A stretch of 64,000 nt of DNA from Prorocentrum cordatum (Eukaryota). Shown one piece after another: positions 40,501 through 50,927 of this stretch. Within the stretch, counting starts at the first letter, position 1; every line of letters begins with the position of its first letter. Position numbers and translations under genes: made by a program. The notes under the pieces are model-generated. The model did no database searches. It saw nothing but the letters and a program-made list of their open reading frames with translations, and was not told the origin of the DNA. The DNA lies in assembly GCA_963575745.1 (NCBI GenBank), contig CAUYUJ010000002.1, positions 1,488,001 to 1,552,000 of the forward strand. The letters run 5' to 3'.

Positions 40501-42704
40501 AGAAGCCGTGCATACCGTCCTGGGAGGACCGCGGTGGTCGACCGTCGCCATGGCGCGTGGGCCGCGCGGGCGAAACCGACGTCGCGGCGGGGCGCGCGCG
40601 ACCCTTTGTCATTAACGCATCACGCGGGAACGCGAGCTGCCACCGCGACGTTGACCCAAACTGGCGCGGCGCAATCCTACATGGCGCGGAGGGCGTTCGC
40701 TGGGTTGGAACGGCGTCGCGCGGCAAGGGACGGGCACGTGGGCGGGCGAGGTTGGGTGGGCGCCGCGTAATGGGCGGGCGGGCCTATTGCGCGGGCGGTT
40801 GCTAAGCCTTGCAATGCGGGCGAAGCGGCGTGTAATCCAATGGTGCGTTGTTGCGCGCGGCGGCCCCTGCGCGAAAGTGGGCGCGCGGCCTGGGTTGTCG
40901 GCCTGCGGCGTGGTTGTCGGCCTGCGGTATTAACGCGGGCGCGCTTGAAACCAAGCTACGGAGGCACGCGCCCCGCGGCAATGGAACGCGCCCCCGCGGG
41001 GCACCGATGCAATCGCAATCTGGCGATGGCTTCCCTTGGCGCGGGTCGCCTGCGACGCCGTGAACGGTTGCGAAAGGTATCGGCGCTTACGGTTCGCTGT
41101 GCCAACAATGCAACACATGTGTCGCGCCGACGTTCGCAGCGTAACAATCGTTGGCCAAACGGTTTGCCGAATACCTTTCGCACGCGGTTGTGCCTGTCGC
41201 TGCGCAGGCAAACTTTAGCGCAGGGCGAATAATAGCATCAACGTGTATCATGTCTGATAACTTTAACGCATTACATTACCATTACACCCAAACTTGAAAA
41301 CAGAGCCCGACGCCCCCCCTCCCACCCCCCTTCCACCCACCCCCCAGCCCCACACCAACTCTGGCCACCCCGCGGAACTGATGAACTGCCCAAGGCGGTG
41401 CCACGACTAGCTATCCGACCTCTTCCCACGCGCGCCCAATGGACACCCAAGGGTCTTCGATAAACGCTACTCTCTGGCCCACAACCCATGCACGGTGGCG
41501 GGATTGCCGTCAAGCGCTGGATTTAAACGTTGTGGCAGTGAATGCCGTGCGCGCTGCACGTTGTGAGCCGCCGTGCAAACATATTTCGGCGCACCCTGAC
41601 GCGGATCGTGTTCCGCATGTAGCTCCACCTATGCGTGCCAGCCGTGGGGCACTGCCGCATAACCCATCGGAAAGCTAATGATATACTTCACGCGGATCTT
41701 GCCCCTTCTGTGAGCTCCACCGACTGCCTCAGCGGCTGCGGGCGCGCCCGCGCAAGGTGGAGGGAGGAGGAGGGGGAGGAAAGTGAGGGCGTCACGCTGT
41801 GGAGGAGGGGATGGGGGAGGAGGGTGATTTAACGGAGGGGGAGGAGGACGAAACGGGAGGGTGGATGACGAGGAGGGGGAGGATTAGGAAGAGGGTAGAG
41901 GGTGAAGGGGCTGGGCAGAGGGAAGTAATGATGAGGAGCGTTGGAAGCCTCTGGGATGCCCTCGAAAGCCCCACATGGGCCTCTCAACACCTCCCCGTGG
42001 CATATCGGGAGCCTCTGAGAAACCAGCGGCGGATGCCGAAGGCACACAACATAAGGCGCATCGACGTGACCCGACGGTTTGCTTTCAAAGCTATGCAATG
42101 ATATGCTGCACCATCCTCCTCCCTCCTCCCTCCCCCCTCCTCCCTCCTCCTCCTCCCGCGTCATTTCCCCCCTCCCTCCCCCCTCCTCCCTCCTCCCCCC
42201 CCCTCCTCCCTCACCCCTTCCCGCGGCGTCCTCGCCCGCGGCCCCCAGCGCAGCCGCCGCCGCCCCCTCGCAGTAGTAGTAGTAGTAGTCGTAGTACTAG
42301 TAGTAGTAGTAGTAGCAATACTCATAGTCGTATGGCACCTATAGTAGTAGCAATACTCATAGTCGTAGTAGTCGTAGCACTACTCATAGTAGTAGTAGTA
42401 GTAGTAGTAGTTAGTAGTAGTAGTAGTAGTAGTAGTACTAGGACCTAGTCCCAAGGTCCACCATAAGTTCTCTGCGCGTGCACCTTCTGCCCTCCCCCGC
42501 CTCAGCCCTCCTCCTCGTGGACCCCTGGGGCCCCAGGCGCGGAGGTGGAGCTCCCTGTGGGGCCGCGAAGCGCGAGAGGGCAGGCGGGGGCCGAGGAGCG
42601 ACGGGCGGGCCGCCAGCAGGCCGCCCGCCCCTTCAGGCCGGATGGCGGGGGAGGGGGGGGAGGGGCAGGAGGGGAAGGGCGAGGGGGGGGCAAAGTGGAC
42701 ATGT

Positions 42705-45700
42705 TTACCTGAACGTATCGCACTCGCTATCCTCGCCGTCAACCTTGTCTCTCTCTTTTGACAGAAGAAGGCGGCCATCAGCCATGGCCTTCAACGCATC
42801 ACGGGCCGCCCTCCTCCGTAGATACGAGGGGCGGCAATGAAAAATGTGCTCCCTGGCCCCGACATAGTCATCGTGTGACAGGAGCCACGCCGCCAAGAAA
42901 CCAGCAGGCCTGCCGACCCAGCGCCTGGCTCCCGCGAAGCACTGCCGATTGACTTTGCACGCGGCCCTGCCGCCGTGGTCCACGCAGTCGCACAGCGCGA
43001 ACATGCGGCGGCTGGCCGCATACCAGACCAAGGTCCCGCCACCGAACCGCATGCTGATCGAGTCGCCGTACTCGTCAGGCGCGGCATGGCCAGCGCGAGC
43101 GGCAGGGGGGGCATCGTCCTCGCTCTCGCCCTCGCCCCCGCCACTCGCCTCAGCATCGCTACTTGATGACGAGGACGAGGACGAACTGGACGACGAAGAC
43201 GCTGAGCTCGACGAGGAGGCGGGCTCCTCCCCGCCCGCGCTGCCCTCGTCTTCGCCCACGTCGCCGCCGCCCTCTGCGCCAGAGTCGCTGCCGTCGTCGT
43301 CGATGGCGGCCAAGGCGCCCCAGCTGCCGCGCGGCTCTCTCGCAGCAGGCGGCTCCCAGATAAGCCGCAGCAAGCCGTCGCCCAAAAGCGATGTATTCAG
43401 GCGCCGTGGGCGCACGGCATCGAGGACGCCGTCCTTGTCCTTCGCAATCCAGAAACAAGCGTGCCATGTCAATTGTAAATCCAAGTCCCCCAGAGCCCGC
43501 ACGTCAATACTCTCGGAGTACGCATAATCAAGCATGACGTCATTCTCGAAAGCAGCCCGCCCCTCGCGAACATCCAGTGAAAAGCCATCTCCTGCCACCA
43601 GTATGCTGAAATCAAGGCGCCACGGCCGCTGGTGAACGTCACCGATCAAGAGCCACTTGGACTGGTGCGAGCCTGCATCGCAACGTTCATGGTCTTCCAG
43701 TGCCAGCGGGGGATCGCGCCCTATCAGGAGGACAACAACCCGAGCAGCCAATAAACTAGATCGCTCAGTCGAGCCAGCAGGGCACGCTGCCTTGGTCGCA
43801 GAGACAAGGTTGCCGATGCACCTGGCAATCTTGCGGCCCTGCCCACTGCAAATGCACATCCCAGCATCATGGCACTTGCGGTGTGTCAGTGGCGGCTCTC
43901 TGCTCCATGCAACGGTGCGGACCGGCAAATTGGCTGAGCGCCAGGCTTCGGAAGCTGCCTTGAATAACGTCTTCACTGGGCGCGTTGCTGGGTCCAAGGC
44001 CGCAAGGCGGTGAGCCACGTTCGCCAAGTCAGGCGGTGACCACATAACCCTATGGTACGAAGGTTCAGGTTGTGGGTCCGACCAACTTCGCTGCAGCATG
44101 TCAGTATCCATCACGGGCGCGCATCTCTCTAAGTATTCCTGCAAACCGCCTGTGCTGAGCTGGTACGCCTCTAACCTTCTGCGCTCCCTATCAGATATCC
44201 GCCTCGATAACATGGATGCGGCTCGCCACGCCTTCTTGCAATGGCGCAAGCCATCGATTGGAACGCACTCTGCGGTGTTGCCCAAGTCGCCGCTGAATGC
44301 AACTTCACTGGACACTCTGCGGGCGGCCAACTGGAAAGGGTTGTCCACCGTGTCTCCCAAGCGCTGCGCCTCGGACTCAATGCGGTCGGCAAGCTGGGCC
44401 AACGTGATGTCCCGAGCAGCGTGGCTGGCGACAGGCGCACCGCCGTCGTCCCCGATTGCAGTTTCCAGGGCATTCATGTCATCAGCACGTTGCTTCAAGG
44501 CGCGCTTGTCAGGGCCTGACAGCGCTTGGTAAGCCTCCGAGCACTCAGAGAAGGACGTGCACGCACGGGCCCGCAGCTGGTCACTACAGTAAACGGACCA
44601 CGCGCTGTGGAGACGTCTCCTGCGCCTCCCATCTGGCCTCTCAGGGCGCGCAAGGGTCGCGCCGCCACCGTCGACCTCAACTCGCTGCCCTGGCAACTTC
44701 CGCATCTCAGAATGCAACTTGTCAGCGTTCAACCGCTCGACGCTCACCCGCTTGGACTGCGCGCTCAAGCCGATGAGCCGACGCCGCGACGTAGCGTGCT
44801 TAGCTTCAATCTGCACTGTCTCCTCCCTCGCATACGTGGCCGTGGCTCGCAAGTGGGCAAGCAAGTCGGCTGACAGCGGGTCCCCGCCGTACGCCTCGAG
44901 AATGGCGTCCGACCACTGGTCTCGCACACACGGTCTGTCATCGAGTATTTCGGCTGCCACTCTCTCGCGCTCGTCGCCGAGCAGACCGAACAACTTGAAG
45001 GGGTAAAACCTATGAATACCGAACCCCACCCCCCTTACCCTGGGCGCGGCGGGCGTCGGCGACAAAGGCTTCTGGGGGGGGGGCGATTCCGCCAGCCCCC
45101 ATGGGCCATGGACCCCGGGCGGATCAACGCGACACCTGCGCCTCAGATTCTCTGTTCGATTGAGTGCCCGCCGTCCTACCAAACCCGCGCCGCGGACCGC
45201 GACGGCCCCAACACGAACCCAATATAGCAACACGTTGCCCGAGATGGCATCCAACATTGCTCCATGACACCTTCAAATGGCGGCGCAACCCTTTCCATAG
45301 CGCGCCAGTGCGTGCCACGCCTTCCGCGGCCGCATCAGCTGCCGCAGGCGTAGTCGATGGGCTGGGGCTGGCGGGGGCGCGAAGCGTCAAGAATTTAGTT
45401 CATTGGTTTGCAAACGATACGGTGGACACGTGGAGCGGCTGGCGGGGAGGGAAGACGGGCAAAAGGATGATACGGGCGATATGTGGACGGAAAGGTGGAG
45501 TGAATGGCGGTGGGTCGCGGCTATCCGCGCATGCCGCCGCGCCTCCCCCTTCTGTTGTTCGGCCTTCCAGCCGACGCCCGCCGCCCCTAGTCCACATCCC
45601 CACCCCCGTGGCTGTGTGGCGAACTCCGAGAAGGGGTTCGGTTCGGTAGATTGCTTGAACCTGTGTCTCTCCATCAACGCGTTGACCCTGCAGCAAGACT

Positions 45701-48700
45701 TCGCAGCAATCCTACCAGCCCTCTGGGCGTGGGTGGTCTAGGTCGCCCGCCCTGTTCAACCCCTACTCCTCTCCTGTCGGGGCGGGGTGCGATCCCCCCT
45801 CTACCCCCTTCTCCCTGGGCCTGGATGGCGCTCCATCGCGATGGATTGGGGCGACCTTTGGATCCAAGGATGGGTGCGTAAGAGTGCTCAAGATGCCGCA
45901 GCGACCGCCCAAGATAGCCATCCCTGGCCCAATATCGCCCACGACATGTCTACAAGTGGCCCCCACCTCGCCTCAATGCGGCCCCAGGACGCAACGCGGC
46001 AACGATGTCTCCCAAGGACGCGCCCGAGAAGCCAACTTCGCACCACAACCTTAGGGACAACCATGTGCGCGTGTGCTTCCTTTCTTGTCTGTTCGTCTCT
46101 TCTGGCGCCTCCAGCTAGCACTAAGATGACACCAGCGAGGCAACGTGCGGGCCCGAAGAGAGGTCCGAGGCGGGCCCGAGTGCGCTCAAGGGCGCACCAA
46201 GAGCGGCCCATAGGGCCATATGGCACTATGCGGCGACGGTTCGGGCCTGCGGGGGGCGGGGAGGGATGAAACCAGATAAATGCTCGCAGCTTTGTTTGAT
46301 CGAGGGTACCCCTCACACATACGTCCCATGCCCTCCCAGGGTGCCCCAAGACCCAAGATGGCCGTGCAGCGTACAGCGCCCCAATACGCCCCTAAGAGAG
46401 CCTTGGGGGGGGCCCAAGAGAGCACCGAGAAACCTGTACCCTGCAAACACCCTACGGGGAAACCACCAGAAAACATAGGAGGTGGAGGGAGGAGGCGGAG
46501 ATGTGCGAGAGCAGGAGGCCGCGTGGGCCCGAGCACCACGACCGTCGGCTTTCGTCGCAAAGGTGGCTGGTTTGGGATGTGCTGGCGGTGACACGCGAAG
46601 CGTACAGACTTGAAAACACCCACGCCTCCCTCTCGCCAGTGCGACCAATGGACGGTATGTGCGACCACAGCGAATCATCCATCATTACCACGTGCATGTC
46701 ACGAATGAACTCAGCATCGCGCCTCGCTCCGAAGACCTCAAGCATCCTATATGTGGGACGTGGGCCGCCGCCATCGCCCGCATCCAGTGCACGGACGGCC
46801 TGTGTGCGGTCCCACTCTTCCGATGCCAATCTGAGCAATCCTAACATCGCCGCGCAGGGCGAGCATGGCTTACGACAGTTTCTTCCCCTGCGGGGATATG
46901 TAGAGACTTACATGCGCCAAACCTTGGCGCGCCTGGGCGCGGCGGGCGGAGGGCGGCAGGAGCGTCCAAGATACCCCCATATAGCTCCAAGACTTGCGTG
47001 GGAATGCACACGACATCACCGTGCCACTTCAATCATGCCCAACGTGGCTCAAGGTAGCCCCAAGCCCCAACGGCACGGGCACAGACGATGCCGCGGCACG
47101 CAAACGCACGCATAAGGTAACCAACGGTCGTATTGGCACGCGCAACTACACCCGCCAACACTCACTATGCATGATGTGCTATTATTGTTGCTCCCCCTTC
47201 CCCCCCGCCGACCGTCCCCAAATTATCAAATTGCTGGCCAAGGCGATAACTCTAATTACACAGTGGGCCCCATACCCTCGCAACCTTGGGCCCGACCAGG
47301 GGAACTCGTGACCAGGACAACTCGAATGGGCCACGCATGGGCAATCTCATTAGCGAGCCTGGGCGTGTCGCGAAGCGTCACTGATTTGAACATGTACGCA
47401 CGATGAGGCTCCATGAGGGATCTAATTGCAAAGACGTCTGCGAATGGACAGTCGTACTCCCTCGTGGCCCAAAGGGGCGCTTCTCGCCGATGCCCGTCGG
47501 CGGCCGCGCGAGCGGCAGCCACTGGATCAGCAACGCCGCCAGAGCCAATCCCCAATTGCGACTCGCCTGAAAAAAAACAAAGAAGAGATGGGGGGCGGAG
47601 ATGAGGGGGGTGAAGAGGATGGCGGGTTTAGGGAGGCAGCCTGGTGCAGCATAATCACCAGTAGTACCAGCTCGCCTGCAGAACGTCACGAAGGCTTCAG
47701 CGAAAATATTGTGAACCGCCAACAAAACACCGATCCAGGACGGCGTGACCTCAGACCCAACCCAATTCCGACTAGGGAACGATTTAGGACCATCTCCAAC
47801 AAGCGCTTTCACGAACGTTGTCCGAAACAAGCGCTTGATGTACGCATCTGGCTTGTCAGATGTCGTGAAAAAGTGAACCCGTTCCGTATCATCCCAAGAA
47901 CCATTGGCCAACGACAATATGACAGTCCTGCGCTTGACCGCACTGGTATCGTGGAGGCCTGGCAACAAACGATACAACACATCTGCGTTCTTGGCAACAA
48001 CTCTGGGGTGCGGCAGCGTGTCCCTGACAATGTTGAGCCGCCTCATGACGATGTCTCCAACGATCTTGCGGAATTTCAGCATGCAACTGGGGCCCTTGAG
48101 TGCCAGCGCTGTGTGCGTGAGGGAGCTGATGAGGCCTGAACGAAGGGAACACGCATCATGTTTCGCAGTCGCTGCCCTGTGGACGTGGCACCTGTTGTGT
48201 AAAGCCAACTGCCCAGCATCCAGAACGCTGAAAAACCTCTCAGCCCCGGCGATCGCACCGTCGCCATCCGTGCACACAACCCTCTGCCTGTGCTTGAACA
48301 ACCTCGACACTCCAGACGTATCCAAGCCACTCGCCTCCACCGCGGCTGCGTAGTTCTCGCCTTTGCCAGCCGTCATAACCTGGATCGGCACGAGCACGTT
48401 GAAAGAAACCTCAGTGTATGATCCACCGATCTTGAACAACATAGTGTACAACCATTCTGTGTTCAACAATGGCAATTTTGACACATGAGTTGGTTCTCTG
48501 CCGCCGTCCATGTCGATCTGAGCTCTGGAAAGGTCGTGTCGCTCCAACGCGGTTCCAACTACTAGTTCCAAGGATGCGTCGTCGTTGTCAAAACATGCGG
48601 CTGTCAGCTTCGTCTCATCAAACCTGCACTGTTGAGAAAACAACATGCACCCGCCACCTGCACTTGTAACCCTCCCAACGCAAGCATTCATCATGCTGAT

Positions 48701-49447
48701 GGCCATTGCTCGTTCTGTCAACATTGCCAGCGCCATAAACCGTGACTTACATCTTGCGAACACCGACCTGCTAACTCCAGCAGCTTGGGCACTGACACTT
48801 TCACTCATCATATGGTTCGCCAGTTTGCCACGGATCGCATTGATCGTATCTGTTGCCACTTTGTCGAACATACCTGGTCTGTCAGGGTCCTCTCTTATGA
48901 CGCCAAGCGCAACCAACAATGGGTTATACAGGAGGCTACCGCGACGCTGCCGTTGAACATGCAGGAGGCCCCGTAAACGTTCGCAGTCCTGATCTAAGGC
49001 ACCATCTGGCGGCCCGACTGGACCAGCAACAACAATCTGCATCTCATCGGGCACGACGTCGCCAACGGCACCCTCGATGTCGGCTGGCTCGCCGTCGCCT
49101 TCAGAGGCGCCCTCGCCGTCGGCTGGCTCGACGTCGCCGCGCGGAGCTGCCAGCGGCGCGGCGATGTCCTTGGCCGCCAGAGCAGCACCAACGGGTCGCC
49201 ACAGCTCCTGGGCGGTGGCGCGCCGCCGACGCCGCTTAGCCCCCCTGTCCAGCGGAGGCCCGTCCCGCGCGGGCTCCTCGGCGCCGTCCTCGACAGGGCT
49301 CAACGAGCCTGCTGCTCCCGCGAGAGCCTCCCAGCCGCCCGCGTCGCCATCCGCGAACGCAGCCCAGCCGCCGCTGGGCGGCGCATCGGCCTCGCTCGGC
49401 GATGGGCTGGACGGCCCGACGAAATGCGCCCACCCCTCCAATGGCAT
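42705..49447 (-). CDS. Putative spliced DDE transposase, ~1,523 aa. Exons approximately 49447-47641, 47566-47387, 46840-46612, 45711-45661, 45009-42705
   Basis: Joining ORF pieces gives one continuous frame (4,572 nt). Motifs: RFDETK (~48618), VCTDGDG (~48267), RCHVH (~48185), TVQIEAKHA (~44806), HMG-box-like SAWSVYC..FSECSEAYQALSGPDKRALK, KCHDAGMCIC, C-terminal CDCVDH..C..GRPAGFLAAWL..H. Introns 1 (47567-47640, AG|GC..TTTCAG|G) and 4 (45010-45660, AG|GT..TAG|G) are clean; donors of introns 2 and 3 are uncertain; an AG|GT just before the stop could mean a further exon. Confidence 0.72.
45711..46610 (+). mobile_element. Family 1 Helentron-like insertion forming transposase intron 3
   Basis: CCTACCAGCCC...GCTGGCGGTGACACGCGAAGCGTACAGACT; precise removal (900 nt) at T|T restores the frame WVFS-IAAKS. 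Confidence 0.7.
46840..47385 (+). mobile_element. Degenerate family 1-like insertion forming transposase intron 2
   Basis: Right end CGCGAAGCGT plus 7 nt, left end CCTAACATCGCC; precise removal (546 nt) at T|T restores YMFK-LLRLASEEW. Confidence 0.55.
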
Positions 49448-49598
49448 GGAGGGGCTGACGCCTGAGCCAAAATGGCTACGGATGTGCCAAAGCAACAGAA
49501 CCTCTTGGAGAATTTGCAAGGCTTCTAATACCCCCGTTCAATGCAATCAGTCTTCGGAGGCTTCTATTCAATCAATACACGGGCGACTCTATCGTTAT

Positions 49599-50273
49599 CC
49601 CACCAGCCTTTTGGCGACAGGTGGCCTAGATGCCTCTTCCCTCTTCCAACAACCCCTCTTCCCATTCAGGGAAGGGTTTATCACTGCCCCCTTCCCCGTC
49701 CCACCTGGGCGGGCGAGGGGGCCGCGCGTAGTTAGTTAGAGCGCACCTTTTCGGACCATGGGAATGCTATTTTTGCCACCCTCACACGGGTCGTGGCCTC
49801 CGAGGGGAGGGGCATCGATCGGGGCGCCCCCTCTTTTCACCGACCGCTTCCAAGATGGCCCCAAAAATGCCTTCCACGGCTCGCAAGGGCCCCCAAAGAG
49901 AGATTAAGGACCGCTCCAAGAAGCCCAGACATGGCCCCATGACTGCCCCTGAGGCCCCCAAGACTGCCTTAAGAGGGCCCAAAGACAGTGCAAATTGCCT
50001 CCAAGACGCCCAAGGTGGCCTCCAATACGGCCAAGATGGCCCCAAGAGAGCCCAAGATGGCCCAATGTCTCCAAGACGGCCCAATATGCACCCAAGACGG
50101 CCCAATATAGCCCAAAGATGGCCCAAGACGGCCAGAGACGACCCCGACAGGCCTCCAAAACGGATGTGGCTCACTTTTGGATTGTTGCTCGCTGCTACAG
50201 CCCCTTCATCAAGGCAGCTCGCCTGGCGGCTGTTTTGGGGTGGGCTGGTGGGGATACGCGAAGCGTGAAGAGT
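49599..50273 (+). mobile_element. Non-autonomous Helentron/DINE-like element, family 1
   Basis: Same ends and internal sequence as 27731-28402; T|T flanks, no TSD. Confidence 0.65.
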
Positions 50274-50851
50274 TGTTTAGCCTCTGTTCAATCTACGCGC
50301 GGCTTCTACTCGATTCATCGTGCTGCGAAGCAGCAAAAAGAACGCACAGCATGAGAGAGCTCTGGCCACAAGACGCGTGGATTCACCTGCCTCCAAGACT
50401 GTCCATCTACAGCATGAGCTCGGCCACAAGACGACTATGCCCCCCCTCCCCCCGTCCCCAGTCCAACCCCCTCCTCTATCCCCTGGGCTGGCCCACTAAG
50501 GGCCCGTGATCCCGATAAATTTGCAGGTGGCGTCTAGATGTCCGTCGCGCCCCTCCCTCTGCCAAAGCTAACTGGTCGCGGAGGAGGGCGAGGGCCCTCT
50601 TCCTAAGTATCAGGCCCTCCGTCGGAAGAGGGGCATAACGACTAGGCAGAGGGCAGGCGATTGCGGGGAAGACAATGAGAAGGGGAGGAGGAGGAGGAGA
50701 AGAGCAACATGATGACGTAGAGGAGAGTGAAGAGCGATTTGAAGGAGAAGGTTTGGGTGCCCATTCACAATCGCGCATATAATCGCATCCTGTTTAAAAA
50801 AAACCAGGCGCCCTCACAACGAACATGGTTCATTTTTTTTCTATCGGCGGC

Positions 50852-50927
50852 CCTATCATTTTTCTATGTTTTGCCTATCGCGCTGTCTTCCTGGATTCTA
50901 TCAACAAAGGGCGCGTGGGCATCACAA
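50852..50927 (-). repeat. Right terminal inverted repeat
   Basis: TTTTTCTATGTTTTGCCTATCGCGCTGTCTTCCTGGATTCTATCAACAAAGGGCGCGTGGGCATCACAA, the reverse complement of the left TIR. Confidence 0.92.

Larger units (their letters stand above)
27014..50927 (-). mobile_element. ~24-kb TIR-bounded DNA transposon-like element carrying a DDE transposase and cargo genes
   Basis: Near-identical ~75-bp inverted repeats at both ends; CGC immediately outside both ends; transposase-like gene and other long ORFs inside, all on the minus strand. Confidence 0.8.

Noticed and set aside
45010..45257. N-terminal extension of the 850-aa ORF
   Set aside because: It lies inside the predicted GT-AG intron 45010-45660
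27731..50273. Direct repeats as LTRs of a retrotransposon
   Set aside because: No TG..CA ends and no gag/RT/integrase between them; related copies occur internally as independent inserts
27014..50927. Polinton/Maverick or virophage identity
   Set aside because: Size and TIRs fit, but I see no protein-primed PolB, retroviral-type integrase, packaging ATPase or capsid motifs, and the ends are not AG..CT
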